Assembly: GCF_000195855.1 (NCBI RefSeq)
Contig: NC_002677.1
Coordinates: 1,770,001 to 1,802,000 of the forward strand
Direction: 5' to 3'
DNA from: Mycobacterium leprae TN
GTDB taxonomy: Bacteria > Actinomycetota > Actinomycetes > Mycobacteriales > Mycobacteriaceae
Length of the DNA stretch: 32,000 bases
The translations under genes were made by a program, and so were the position numbers. This document shows positions 1 through 11,325 of the stretch, in pieces (positions within the stretch are counted from its first letter, which is position 1; each line of letters begins with the position of its first letter). The notes beneath the pieces were generated by a model. The model had not been told where the DNA came from. It did no database searches and was given only the letters and a program-made list of their open reading frames with translations.

Positions 1-443
1 CTCAGCGCCGGCCCCCCAGAGGACTGCGACTGGGCATCGATCATCTGCACAAACGGTTCAACCTCACGGTAAGTTGCTACATATTGCGCCGGGCTGATCG
101 GTTTTGAGTCAATCGCGATGCGTTCGACTACCGACTGCAGGTGAGGGCTGGTAAAGCGGCCAGTGCGCTGGTGCAGCGCGGTTAGCAGCGCGTCAACCAT
201 CCTCGTCACCGAGGTCTTCCCGTTGGTGCCAGCGACGTGTATCGACGGATAACTGAGTTGCGGTGAGCCGAGAACATCCATTAACGCACTGATCCGAGTC
301 AAACTCGGTTCGATACAGGTCTCTGGCCAGCGCTGGTCCAGCAGGTGTTCAACCTGCAACAGGGAGGCGACCTTGTCCGGTGTGAGAGCAGCGACATTGG
401 TTTCAAGACGTCCGGATCCCCAGTCAGGCAGCTCTGCGGTCAT
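1..443 (-). CDS. folC: Folylpolyglutamate synthase / dihydrofolate synthase, 5' part only (runs off the window start)
   Basis: Read on the minus strand from ATG at 443: [112 protein letters not shown]... Contains the Mur-ligase/FolC P-loop [11 protein letters not shown]. Open to the window edge, and adjacent to valS as in other mycobacteria. Confidence 0.93.
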   Translation of the reverse strand, partial: MTAELPDWGSGRLETNVAALTPDKVASLLQVEHLLDQRWPETCIEPSLTRISALMDVLGSPQLSYPSIHVAGTNGKTSVTRMVDALLTALHQRTGRFTSPHLQSVVERIAIDSKPISPAQYVATYREVEPFVQMIDAQSQSSGGPAL

Positions 444-3100
444 TGCAGCCCAGCCAGCCTAGCGATGATGCGGTCGGTTTCTTCCTTAGCCATCCGCTGA
501 CGATCGCGGATTTTGACAACGACTGCTTCCGGGGCTTTAGCTAGAAAGTCCGCGTTGGCCAACTTTGCGGCGGTCGATGCCAGCTCTTTTTGCGCTGCAG
601 CCAAGTCCTTTTCCATGCGACGACGCTCGGCAGCCACATCGATGGTGCCCGAAGTGTCGAGTTCAACGACGACGGCGCGGTCTTTGTTAGGGCCGAGACG
701 AACCTCCAGCAACGCTGAAGGGCGAAAATCGTTGCTCGCAGCAGTAAGCAAAGCTAGTGATGTCACGAAGCCCACCTGGGTGGCCAGGTCGGAATCTTCG
801 ACACCAGACAATCGAGCCGGCACCTTCTGTCGATCGACCAACCCCTGATCACTACGGAACCGACGGATCTCGGTCACCAGCTTCTGCATATCGCTGATCC
901 GCTGCGCGGCAACCAGATCTAGGCTGATGCCAGAAGGCTCCGGCCAGGTAGCAATCACTAGTGACTCCAGTTGGGTCAGTGCCTGCCAGAGCGTTTCGGT
1001 AATAAACGGCATCACCGGGTGCAGCAACCGCAGCAACGTATCGAGTGCCGCGGCCAGCACTGCTGTGGTGTGCGTGAGCCCGTCAGCAAGCTGTGCCTTG
1101 GCCAATTCGAGATACCAGTCGCAGAATTCGTCCCACGCAAAATGGTAGAGCGCCTCGCAGGCGCGGCTGAATTCGTAGCCATCGAAAGCTGAATCAACTT
1201 CGGCGCGAACCTGTTCCAGCCTTCCGAGAATCCAGCGGTCGGCATCTGTCAGCGCCGTCAGCGCAGGCAAAGGTACCAGCGCAGCACCATTGAGCAGTGC
1301 GTACCGGGTGGCGTTGAACAGCTTGGTACCGAAGTTGCGCGACGCGCGGACGTGATCCTCTCCTATAGCCAGATCACCACCGGGGCTGGAGCCGCGTGCC
1401 AGAGTGAAGCGCAGCGCGTCAGCTCCGAACATATCCATCCAGGCCAGCGGGTCGATGACGTTACCCCTGGACTTACTCATCTTGCGACCGAATTCGTCGC
1501 GGATCAGCCCATGCAGGAAGACATCGGTGAACGGCACCTGCGGGCCACGGCAGCCACCCAGTGTGATGGCATCGTCCCCGCCGACGAAGGTGCCGAGCAT
1601 CATCATGCGCGCTACCCAGAAAAACAGAATGTCATAGCCGGTGACGAGAATACTTGTCGGATAGAATTTTTCCAGCTCCGGAGTCATTTGTGGCCAGCCC
1701 AGCGTGGAAAACGGCCACAACGCGGACGAGAACCAGGTGTCCAGCACGTCGGGGTCCTGTTGCCAGCCCTCCGGAGGGGTCTCGTCGGGACCGACACACA
1801 CTTGTTCCCCGTTGGGACCGTACCAGATCGGTATGCGATGGCCCCACCACAGCTGCCGTGAGATGCACCAGTCGCGCATGTCGTCCACCCAAGCGAACCA
1901 GCGCGATTCCATGCTAGCAGGGTGAATCACGGTGTCCCCGTTACGCACCGCGTCACCAGCGGCCTTGGCCAGCGATTCCACCCTGACCCACCATTGCAGC
2001 GACAGGCGTGGCTCGATGACCTCGCCGCTGCGCTCAGAATGGCCCACGCTGTGCCGGTAGGGTCGTTTCTCCTCGACAATGCGGCCCTGCACCGCTAGCG
2101 CTTCGCGCACCGCGATGCGGGCCTCGAATCGATCCATGCCGTCGAATTCAGTTCCGGTGTCAACGATAACGGCCTTAACGTCCATGACGTTCGGCATCGG
2201 CAGGTTGTGCCGCAATCCGATTTCAAAGTCGTTGGGATCATGAGCGGGTGTGACTTTGACGGCGCCGGTGCCGAATTCAGGGTCGACGTGCTCATCAGCT
2301 ACGATTACAAGTTCGCGGTCGATAAACGGGTGCGGCAGCGTAGTCCCGACCAGATGCTGATAGCGCTTGTCATCGGGATGCACGGCGATCCCGGTGTCGC
2401 CGAGCATCGTCTCGACCCGGGTGGTAGCTACCACGATGTGTGGCTCGTCGTCGTCGAGTGACCCATAGCGGAACGAGATCAATTCGCCCTCGATCTCGTC
2501 GTAGATAACCTCGATGTCGGAGAGTGCCGTCCGAAGTACCGGCGACCAGTTGACCAGCCGCTCCGCCCGGTAGATCAGCCCGGCGTCGTAGAGCCGCTTG
2601 AAGATCATCCGCACCGCCCGCGATAAGCCGTCATCCATAGTGAACCGGTCGCGGCTCCAATCCACCCCATCACCGAGCCGGCGCATCTGGCCGGCTATGG
2701 CACCGCCGGATTCACGCTTCCAGTCCCACACCTTGTCGACAAACAGCTCCCGACCAAAGTCCTCCTTGATCTTGCCGTTGATCGCAAGCTGTTTTTCCAC
2801 TACACTCTGAGTCGCGATCCCTGCGTGGTCCATGCCTGGCTGCCATAACACCTCATATCCCTGCATCCGTTTGCGGCGAGTCAAGGCGTCCATCATGGTG
2901 TGCTCTAACGCGTGGCCCATATGCAGACTGCCGGTCACATTAGGAGGCGGAAGCACGATCGAATACCCAGGTTTTGTGCTGGCGGGATCCGCGGCGAAGT
3001 AACCGGAGTTCAACCACTTCTGGTAAATCACGCTCTCCATCGCACCTGGGTCCCACGACTTGGGCAGCAGGTCAGCAGAGGAACTAGGGCTGGTGGTCAC
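440..3100 (-). CDS. valS: Valyl-tRNA synthetase
   Basis: 886-aa intact ORF with class I aaRS motifs: [21 protein letters not shown] (HIGH-type) and [12 protein letters not shown]. Typical ValRS C-terminal coiled coil. Confidence 0.98.
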   Translation of the reverse strand: MTTSPSSSADLLPKSWDPGAMESVIYQKWLNSGYFAADPASTKPGYSIVLPPPNVTGSLHMGHALEHTMMDALTRRKRMQGYEVLWQPGMDHAGIATQSVVEKQLAINGKIKEDFGRELFVDKVWDWKRESGGAIAGQMRRLGDGVDWSRDRFTMDDGLSRAVRMIFKRLYDAGLIYRAERLVNWSPVLRTALSDIEVIYDEIEGELISFRYGSLDDDEPHIVVATTRVETMLGDTGIAVHPDDKRYQHLVGTTLPHPFIDRELVIVADEHVDPEFGTGAVKVTPAHDPNDFEIGLRHNLPMPNVMDVKAVIVDTGTEFDGMDRFEARIAVREALAVQGRIVEEKRPYRHSVGHSERSGEVIEPRLSLQWWVRVESLAKAAGDAVRNGDTVIHPASMESRWFAWVDDMRDWCISRQLWWGHRIPIWYGPNGEQVCVGPDETPPEGWQQDPDVLDTWFSSALWPFSTLGWPQMTPELEKFYPTSILVTGYDILFFWVARMMMLGTFVGGDDAITLGGCRGPQVPFTDVFLHGLIRDEFGRKMSKSRGNVIDPLAWMDMFGADALRFTLARGSSPGGDLAIGEDHVRASRNFGTKLFNATRYALLNGAALVPLPALTALTDADRWILGRLEQVRAEVDSAFDGYEFSRACEALYHFAWDEFCDWYLELAKAQLADGLTHTTAVLAAALDTLLRLLHPVMPFITETLWQALTQLESLVIATWPEPSGISLDLVAAQRISDMQKLVTEIRRFRSDQGLVDRQKVPARLSGVEDSDLATQVGFVTSLALLTAASNDFRPSALLEVRLGPNKDRAVVVELDTSGTIDVAAERRRMEKDLAAAQKELASTAAKLANADFLAKAPEAVVVKIRDRQRMAKEETDRIIARLAGLQ

Positions 3101-3384
3101 CGGTCAATTCTAGGGAGCCCGATTAGCGCGCGCGAAAGCACCCGAACTGGCAGGTGATCGGGCTATGATAAGCATGCCGATCGAGGAAGAGTTAGAACCA
3201 GCCCAGGATAGATGAGAACGGGCTGAGGCCGGCTCCAGAGCAGCTTCCGCTACTGGCTGCCAGGTAGCGCCGACAACTTGCTGCACAGCGGGCTCGTCTA
3301 CGCTCGTTACCCCCATGGCAGCAGGCGCAGTCGCCGCCGGCGGCGGGGCGTCGGTCGGTCTCTGTATGCGTCGCCCACGTCGAC

Positions 3385-3512
3385 CCGTCAAACGGCGTAA
3401 AGCACCAAATTGCCGTCCTCTTGCAGGGTGAAGGTCAAGGCGCCGTTGTGGGAGACGAGCAACTCACCCACCAGCACCAACTTCTGCCCCTCAGTGAGCG
3501 TGTCCTACATGG
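3385..3512 (-). pseudogene. Remnant of a bulb-type (mannose-binding) lectin-like domain protein
   Basis: Minus-strand translation DTLTEGQKLVLVGELLVSHNGALTFTLQEDGNLVLYAV-stop resembles the bulb-lectin repeat signature (L..G..L....G.F.L.LQ.DGNLVLY). A frame change is followed by GSTWATHTE. An in-frame stop precedes the segment. Confidence 0.5.
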
Positions 3513-3659
3513 CATTGCCTCTACATTTATCCAGTCCGACTGGTTGCTGTCAGCCGTCATTGCCAGCACCCGATAAGCGGGCACCTATCGATCCTGGATC
3601 AATCTGAGTAATTTACCCTATAGACGCCAACCGAAAGCCCCAACAGCTGGCGCTGGCTA

Positions 3660-3975
3660 CTTCTTGCCACCAAGGATGCCGCCAAGAGGTTGTTGCGGCG
3701 AGTTAACCGCCGAAATCTCCCTTTGTCAGCGCCGATGCAAACTGCTCGGTGTCATTGCCCACGAACAGCGTTGTGACTGCTGGCGGCGAACTCGATCCTG
3801 TTGGCTTGCTCGGGATCTTTCGAGTTGTGCACCAAATCCATTGACCAACACCGTCACCAATGTATGAACTGCGCTGTCGACGTCGTCTCTATCGGCACCG
3901 AGTTTGGTTGCGATTTCCGACGTGGGAACCTGGGCATAGAGATCATCAAGACCGGCCGCCAACGTGTCCACCTTT
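3660..3975 (-). pseudogene. Remnant of a DUF937-family protein
   Basis: LDDLYAQVPTSEIATKLGADRDDVDSAVHTLVTVLVNG, then in a shifted frame HNSKDPEQANRIEFAASSHNAVRG, and a C-terminal NNLLGGILGGKK-stop. Together these resemble the DUF937 N-terminal and C-terminal patterns. Confidence 0.5.
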
Positions 3976-6083
3976 ATCGCAGATATCTTGAAGCCAAGTC
4001 GATTACGACACTAGCCCGATCCGATCTCCAGCGATCCCCCTTCAGCAACGCCTAGGCGACCGCCGAAATCACGAGTGCACAATCAGATCTGAAGGGAAAG
4101 AAACGAATCCACAGCCGTAGTAGATGTGACTTATCGTGCGATTCGCGGCAGGTCTCAGTTCAACCGCTCGGCCTGCAGGGGCACACCCGCCAGCAGGAAA
4201 TCGCAGCAACAAAGCATCACCCATCGCAATCGCGGGCGTGAGCACGCCCGGCAGGCCGGAGGGCTTGTCACAACCGAAATGCCAGCGCAAGACTACATTC
4301 TCCGAGCCGCACCGACTTCGCCGTCCTACGCTATACGCACCACGTACCGTGGCACTACATTGTCACTTGTGACACTACATTGTCACTTATCGTATCCATA
4401 GTGTTACGTCTCGATCCTACATTCTAAAGTCGCACTCCCGAATCGCCGCACTTGAGCGGGTCCCAGGTGTGAGAACGACTCGCTGCATCAGTTCGCACGA
4501 CAATAGACAATAGCAGTGAAGTAGCGGTTGCCCAGTTCGGACATAACGTTGCCTGCCCCGCTGACGATAGCCGATAACCTTAGGCTCACGCTTTCGCTAA
4601 AATAGAATTACCTACTATACATCGCTATAAGTCGCGTCCGATAATGCGATAATGCGTTGCTGAGCCGCGCGATCCGCGTGTGAGTCGGCGCCATTATGAA
4701 GCCGGCCCTCCACAAACCAGCCAGCTCCGAAGCAATCTGACGAACATGATGCCACGGCAAATCGGGTTGCGAGCCGAGTTCGAGCTCAACACCGCAGTCG
4801 GCGCTCAGCGTGTGTAGATCCGCGAATTGGCAACGCACAGCAGAACCACTGGAGACGACGTGCAATACTTAACGGTAGCGATATGATGGCCCCTCCGGGG
4901 GGCCCACAGGCCACGACACACACCACGAAATCGGTGGCCAACCAGCTCGCCAACATTGTTCTTCCTAGCCGTGCGATACAGGGGCGTGGACGATGTGAAC
5001 ATCGATATCGACCGGCCTGCTTACCTTATAGTTAAGGTCGACGCTGTTGCGGACGAGCAGGAAGCTCCTCCACTCAGGTCAACTAAGTCCGTACCAGCAG
5101 CAGCACATGCAGCCACTAATGGAAGCCGTAGCGGGTGTAAGGCTCAACCGTCGTAACGGCGATTCGGGTACGGGCAGCCATTTCATTCAGAGTCGATGTC
5201 AATGCCGTGCCGGCAGCCAAAATCGGCCAGGACTGTACGGATCCGTGGATTATTTTTTATGACTCCCACATCGGGCTGTGTACGCACATTACGATACGCA
5301 GATTGCGTGCGTCATTATTTTGACTAGACAATACATATTCTATCATGGCCCGATAACGGAACAAGAATAGATGTATTTCCGCAGTTCAGCAACCCTTTTT
5401 AAGCTAACAGCAATACATCGCCATCAAAGTTATTTTGTTAGCAGAATCATGTAAATTTTGTTAGCTAGGAAAAAAATTTGTTCTTACGTGATGCAGTCGT
5501 TCAGAATCGGCCACTCGAGACGCCAACAATAGCAAGGTAGACAGGATGCAGGCCTCAGGCAGCAACTAAGCTAATAAATCGCGGCTACATTGAAGTCAAT
5601 AATATTTGCTGATTCCACGAGTAGCCTAGCAACATCGCACACTATTCGACACTGGAGCAACAGGAGGTTTCACACTGGTCACCAATATATCCTAATTACA
5701 ATGTTTACCAACAGATTTGGTTATCACCGACGATCTCTAGCGAATCAGCAATGGCAGCAATAGCGTCCCATTTGACTAAACCGCACCCTATGGGACACAG
5801 ACCTGAATGGTTGATCCGCGTAAGCAGATTCGCCACAAAACCCCAGGGCTCCGGGCAATGCTACACTCGACCAAACCCCACGCGTTCAATATTCAAAATC
5901 ATAGCTACTCCAAATAGAATATGGTAAACGCCCAGGCAAGCCAGATGTAATCTATTATAAATAAGCTCGTACGAATATTACACGCCATTGTCATAAATGG
6001 ATACTGATTACTATCGCAAAATGACCACAGAAATATTCAACAATTAATTTGATAGAAAAATTAAAAAAATGACCGTTGTGTAA

Positions 6084-6810
6084 CTACCTCGGGATCCCCG
6101 GCAGCACGAAAGCACACAAGTCAGTAGTCGTATTGACGTTCGTCACTACGGCCGCGAATCCGGCATCACGATCCGGCTGAGTATCCGACGCGTCGACTAA
6201 CGCACGCATCTTGCGCTCACCGACAGCTACCAGCGCATCAGCTAGGTCGGCCAGATCCGTGCAGTATACCGCGGAGAGGTAGTGATACTGGCCGTTCCAC
6301 GGCAACACCACCTCGGCGTCCGTCGCATAGGCCCTGCAATCGAGGCAATCCATCAATTCTACGGAGAAACGGTCGACAGCGTAGACGAACCCAAACGAGC
6401 CACACCCTCCATCGGCTGCATGCAATGCGCACCCGGTTGCCAGCAGCACCCTTAGTCCTCGCACCTCGTCGCGCATGACATGATGTGGGCCTGCAGCTCA
6501 GGTAACAGTTGTCATTGGGGGTGGCCATCACAAAAACCGGCTTGCAGCGCTGAGTGACGACACCAAGGACATGGTCGACTATTTTGGTGTAGGTCGTCCC
6601 GACATCACCATGCTAGCATTAGCAGGTTCTGTGTTTCGCGATTTGACCCCGGTGAGGTATACGGGGACCCCAACCAGCAGAACCGCATCAGACATCTGAG
6701 CAATCACGTCCAGTCGACGGTCCAGATGTCGCGCCCGCGCACTAAAGATTGCAGTGCGACGCTTGTCCGGACGCGGTCGAAGTCTGGGCAGCGCGAACCT
6801 GGAAACGGGC
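6084..6810 (-). pseudogene. mobA: Molybdenum cofactor guanylyltransferase remnant
   Basis: Fragments across frames: LDVIAQ...; VMATPNDN; MRDEVRGLRVLLATG; SFGFVYAVDRFSVELMDCL; TDAEVVLPWNGQYHYLSAVYCTDLADLADALVAVGERKMRALVDASDTQ; VTNVNTTTDL. MobA-like, with frameshifts and no full ORF. Confidence 0.75.
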
Positions 6811-6814
6811 CATG

Positions 6815-7890
6815 TCAGCATAAGTTAGTCGGCTGATCCGGCGAACGATACCCAGGACGGCATGGTCAAGGTTCTAATCAGATAGCCGCGACAACGCAAA
6901 AGCATAAGCTACGTCGTCGGCGTGCGCGTCATGCACGACGATCTCCTGAACAAGCAACGTCAGCGGTCTTAGCCACCTCGAGGGAAAAGTCGGACTTCAC
7001 GACACTACGCAGTATTCACCGCTTGCGCCGAAGACGATTGGCTCGCCATGCTGGACATTGATCACCCGCTCTTCGGTGTCCTCTTTGCGCAGTGCGTCAA
7101 ACGAACCGTCGTTGAAGATAGGGCAATCATGCAGAATTTCGACTAGGGTAGCGCCACGGTGCTGGGCCGCGGCACGCAGCACCTCGGTTAGTCCGTTGCG
7201 GTCCGCGTCTAGCGCGCCGGCCAACGAAAGTCACCTTAGCACCCAGCGCCAACGACACCGGGTTGAACGAGTAATCCAGCGAGCCCATCGGGGGTCGATT
7301 TGGTGACCATGCCCATCTCTGACGTCGGCGAATACTGGCCTTTGGTTAACCCATAGATCCGATTGTTGAATAGCAGAATGGTCATGTTGATGTTGCGGCG
7401 CAGCGCATGTATCAGATGGTTGCCGCCGATCAACAACGCGTCACCGTCCACCGGTGACCACCCATATCGACAGATCATCGCGAGCCAACGCCAAACCATT
7501 CGCGATCACCGGCTCTCGGGCGTGGATCGAGTGGAACCCAATAAGTTAGGTCTCCAGGTAGTTACGGGAACCGGCTAGAGCATCCGATGCCGCTGAGAAA
7601 CGCAATGTTTTAGCGGCGTAGCCCCAATGCGGGCAGAAAGTTGCTTATGGTGTTGAGGATCCACAGCCCGGACACCAGCGGACCTCCTGGTCGCTAATAA
7701 AGTACTTGGACTTCTGCGGCTGTTCCCCAGAAGACACAGTGGGCACACAAGCGTGTTTCGTCGACGTCAGAGTCACGCCAAGGCCCGTTGCCCGCCAGAT
7801 TGCTGATCCCGCTAGTCATTGAGCGCCGCTTTTCCTCATCGCTTCGCTCTGCATCGTCGCGGCGCGGGTCATGCGTCGACTCCCGCACTA
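6815..7890 (-). pseudogene. korB: 2-oxoacid:ferredoxin oxidoreductase beta subunit (KorB) remnant
   Basis: [51 protein letters not shown] is the TPP-binding beta-subunit motif. A downstream fragment in another frame reads IRRRSRTV..IMQNFDYPIFNDGSFDAL. The sequence is broken into several frames. Confidence 0.85.
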
Positions 7891-7910
7891 ACCCGTGGCC
7901 GCCGCAAATC

Positions 7911-9400
7911 TAGTGACCATCAGTCTTATCCTGTTCAATCTCGGCCAGTGTGGCGTCCAACGCGGCACGGATAACACGGCCTACTTCGTCGACCAAGAAC
8001 GAAACACCCTGCATCTTGTACCCCCCCCACTGCACATCAACCAAATACTTGCCACGTAGCACCATCGCCAGTTAAACAAGGTTTATCTCCGATGCCACCA
8101 CCATCGGGTCACGCCGCAGCACGTCGCCCAGGTTAGCTGGGAACGGACGCAAATGCCGCAGTTGGGGCATGCGAGACCTTGACACCCTGCGCCGTGCACA
8201 TCAGCAGGCTTTACGGATCGGGCCGTACAAACTTCCCCACCCAATCAGCAGTAGCTCGGCATATACAGTTGGATCGTCTATCTTTAGATCGGGAACCCGG
8301 ATGCCATCGGTCTTGGCCTGGCGCAACCTGACCATGAACCATGAGGTCATGGTTGCCCGGCTCGTAAGAGATGTTGCCGGCGCCATTTGCCGCTTCCAAT
8401 CCATCGATGCGATGTTCTAGACCGGGGGGAAGTTCCCGGGACGACGAATAATCGCCGAGCCAGCGTTTCCGGGTAGCGGGCATAAGGCTGAAAGAGCGCA
8501 TCGGATTTGGCGAAGGTGTGCTCGATGGGCACCAAAGCACTGACGTCCGGGATTTGCCACGGCTACGAGCCATTGGCGATGACGCCGTCAGACAACACGA
8601 TTACTGGCGTGGGGTAAAATAACCTGATACACGCCACTATCAATGACAGTTTCAAAGCAATTCGACGGAGACTGCGGACCAATACCACCACCAGCGACTC
8701 CCCATTGCGGCTGTACAACGCCTGCAGCAAGTCAGCCTTCTCGATCTCGGTTGGCAAACCAGTCGAAGGTCCCCCTCGATGACCAACAGCGACAGCTCGT
8801 CATCACACCGAAGCCTAGCGCCTCGGCCTTCAGCGAAAGACCTGGCACCAATGTGCTCGTAACTCCCAGCGCAAACACAAACATGTTCTTGGGGCGCTGG
8901 CCATCTTTCTTGTACGCACCGATAGCCTCGACTACCTCAAGGGTCAGCGTAGTTATCGGGACGGCGTGAACAACGTATTCCTCCAGCTCATCGGATTCCA
9001 GCGGGCTGGCTACTTAACCCACCTTCATCAGTTTGCGTTTGATGAACTCGTCAGAGTTTGCGATCACCATTCCGCCACGCTGGAAATCACCAATATTGGC
9101 CTTCAACACTGTCGGATTTATCACGACAAACACGTCCAGCTGGTTGTCGGCGGTCAAAATGTCGTAGTCGGCGATTTGAATTTGGAAAACGGAAACCCCG
9201 GACATAGTATTTGTTATTATGCGAATCTCGGTGGGGTAATCCGACTAGGTAGCCAGATCATTGCCGAAAAGCGTCCCCTCCGATGTAAACTGGTCGCCGG
9301 TCAGCTACATAACATCGCCCCGATCCCCCCGCGAAACGGTATAGTAACTCTTTCCAGGAATCGTCGGTTGGACCTGGCATGAACAGCAGCCCTAGCATGA
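7911..9400 (-). pseudogene. korA: 2-oxoacid:ferredoxin oxidoreductase alpha subunit (KorA) remnant
   Basis: N-terminal GVSVFQIQIADYDILTADNQLDVFVVINPTVLKANIGDFQRGGMVIANSDEFIKRKLMKVG. C-terminal MVLRGKYLVDVQ..MQGVSFLVDEVGRAV. Multiple frameshifts between them. Sits upstream of the korB remnant as in mycobacterial korAB. Confidence 0.83.
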
Positions 9401-9772
9401 AACTCTGACCCGGCACCGTTGTCATTCGGATCCACATCTCCGCCTTCCATCTGCTCTCCGGACAGGCACTCCGGGCTACAGCTTCAAATTATACACCGTC
9501 GGAGTGACTTCCCCGCCCTCACGCTTTATCTCATTGATATTAACCAAGTTTGGCATTGCTTCTCTGTGGCGTACGCCCATCGTAACCCCCAAACACACAG
9601 CGAATTAGCCGTTAAAAGTCGACGTCAGCGTGGGATAACTGAGGCGAAGGTGCGAAATTGTGGTATTGATCATGTTCACCGATAACAGACCCACATCGGA
9701 GTAATGCCGCCCGTTGAACACATTCATTTTTTTGGTGCCGATCCCGACTTTCCAGCTGCCGCCGTCACACTA

Positions 9773-11053
9773 CTAGGCACTCTTATCGCGGCGCTCAGTG
9801 CGCGACGGCTTGCGCGGCACGATTGTCGGCAACACGTTGTCCTGCACAGTCTCCTTGGTCACCACCACTTTGGCAACGTCATCGCGGCTAGGAATATCAT
9901 ACATCACGGGTAGCAGGACTTCTTCCATGATGGCCCGCAGGCCACGAGCGCCGGTGCCGCGGTGGATTGCTTGGTCGGCGACCGCTTCCAGCGCGTCGTT
10001 AGTGAATTCCAGCTCCACACCGTCCATTTCGAAAAGCCAAGTGTACTGCTTGACCAAAGCGTTCTTCGGTTCGGACAGGATCTTGACCAACGACTCCATG
10101 TCCAGATTGATGACCGAGGCGATCACCGGGAGTCGTCCGATGAACTCAGGGATCAAGCCGAACTTGATCAGATCTTCAGGCATCACATCGGCGAAATGAT
10201 CGGTGGTGTCGATTTCGGCTTTGGAGCGGACTTCGGCACCAAAGCCTAAGCCGCGTTTGCCAATACGCTCGTAAATAATCTTATCCAACCCGGCAAAGGC
10301 ACCGGCGACGATGAACAACACGTTGGTGGTATCGATCTGAATGAATTCTTGGTGTGGGTGCTTGCGGCCACCTTGCGGGGGAACCGACGCTTGGGTACCT
10401 TCTAGAATTTTCAGCAGGGCTTGTTGAACGCCCTCGCCGGAGACGTCACGAGTGATCGATGGGTTCTCACTCTTACGAGCGATCTTGTCGACCTCATCGA
10501 TGTAAATAATACCGGTCTCGGCACGCTTGACGTCATAGTCGGCGGCCTGGATCAGCTTAAGCAAGATGTTCTCGACATCCTCACCGACGTAACCGGCCTC
10601 GGTCAGTGCGGTGGCGTCGGCGATGGCGAACGGGACATTGAGCATCTTGGCCAACGTCTGAGCCAGGTAAGTCTTGCCGCAACCAGTAGGTCCCAGCATC
10701 AAGATGTTGGATTTGGCCAACTCTACCGGTTCGCGCTTAGAGTCACGGCCCTTCTCTCCAGCCTGGATCCGCTTGTAGTGATTATAGACCGCGACAGCCA
10801 ACGTCCGCTTGGCGGTGTCCTGCCCGATGACGTAACCCTCAAGAAACTCCCGAATCTCAACAGGCTTGGGCAGCTCATCAAGCTGCACATCGTCAGCATC
10901 GGCCAGTTCTTCTTCGATGATCTCGTTGCACAGGTCAATACATTCATCACAGATGTACACCCCAGGGCCCGCAATTAGTTTCTTGACCTGAGTCTGACTC
11001 TTCCCGCAAAACGAGCACTTCAGCAAGTCACCGCTGTCTCCGATACGCGCCAT
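9773..11053 (-). CDS. clpX: ATP-dependent Clp protease ATP-binding subunit ClpX
   Basis: 426-aa intact ORF. Zinc-binding C4 domain ([14 protein letters not shown]...[11 protein letters not shown]), Walker [16 protein letters not shown], Walker [24 protein letters not shown]. Confidence 0.98.
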   Translation of the reverse strand: MARIGDSGDLLKCSFCGKSQTQVKKLIAGPGVYICDECIDLCNEIIEEELADADDVQLDELPKPVEIREFLEGYVIGQDTAKRTLAVAVYNHYKRIQAGEKGRDSKREPVELAKSNILMLGPTGCGKTYLAQTLAKMLNVPFAIADATALTEAGYVGEDVENILLKLIQAADYDVKRAETGIIYIDEVDKIARKSENPSITRDVSGEGVQQALLKILEGTQASVPPQGGRKHPHQEFIQIDTTNVLFIVAGAFAGLDKIIYERIGKRGLGFGAEVRSKAEIDTTDHFADVMPEDLIKFGLIPEFIGRLPVIASVINLDMESLVKILSEPKNALVKQYTWLFEMDGVELEFTNDALEAVADQAIHRGTGARGLRAIMEEVLLPVMYDIPSRDDVAKVVVTKETVQDNVLPTIVPRKPSRTERRDKSA

Positions 11054-11325
11054 GATGCTAAGGGCCTACTTCCTGTTCGCCGTTCGTCTTGCTATGCCGC
11101 GTGTATTCCGCGACGCTACCCGCTAGTTCGGGGCAGACGCGACCGTTAGCGCCGAATCGCGTCATCGGTATTCTTATGACTCTTCCGTCTGGCATGAAAC
11201 ATATAGCCCGACTCCACCCACCACTGGTCGAGACGCGCAATCCGTGTCTCTGGCGTGTCGCGGTCGTTGCGTGACCGCCGCCCCTGAGTCGTCGAGCCTG
11301 CGCGTAATCACCTTACAGTGGCCAA

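Noticed and set aside
513-1861. Plus-strand ORFs overlapping valS (e.g. 513-848, 1352-1861)
   Set aside because: They lie antisense to a strongly conserved valS ORF, have shadow composition and show no family motifs. This is typical of high-GC antisense open frames.
3110-3391. 93-aa minus ORF MTGRRGRRIQRPTDAPPPAATAPAAMG... as a possible RpfE or other real protein
   Set aside because: The low-complexity Ala/Pro composition superficially recalls RpfE, but there is no resuscitation-promoting-factor domain (no W..IA.CESGGNW). It lies in the decayed region next to the lectin-like remnant.
4880-4900. GGCCCCTCCGGGGGGCCC as a possible terminator hairpin
   Set aside because: Only about 6 bp of G/C pairing with no U-tract and no gene ending there. 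Expected by chance in high-GC DNA.
8966-9382. Plus-strand ORF of 138 aa as a gene
   Set aside because: The opposite strand carries the readable KorA N-terminal region (FQIQIADYDILTADNQLDVFVVINP). The plus ORF is its antisense shadow.
10421-10978. 185-aa plus ORF antisense to clpX
   Set aside because: Entirely within the conserved clpX coding region on the other strand, with no recognisable domain.
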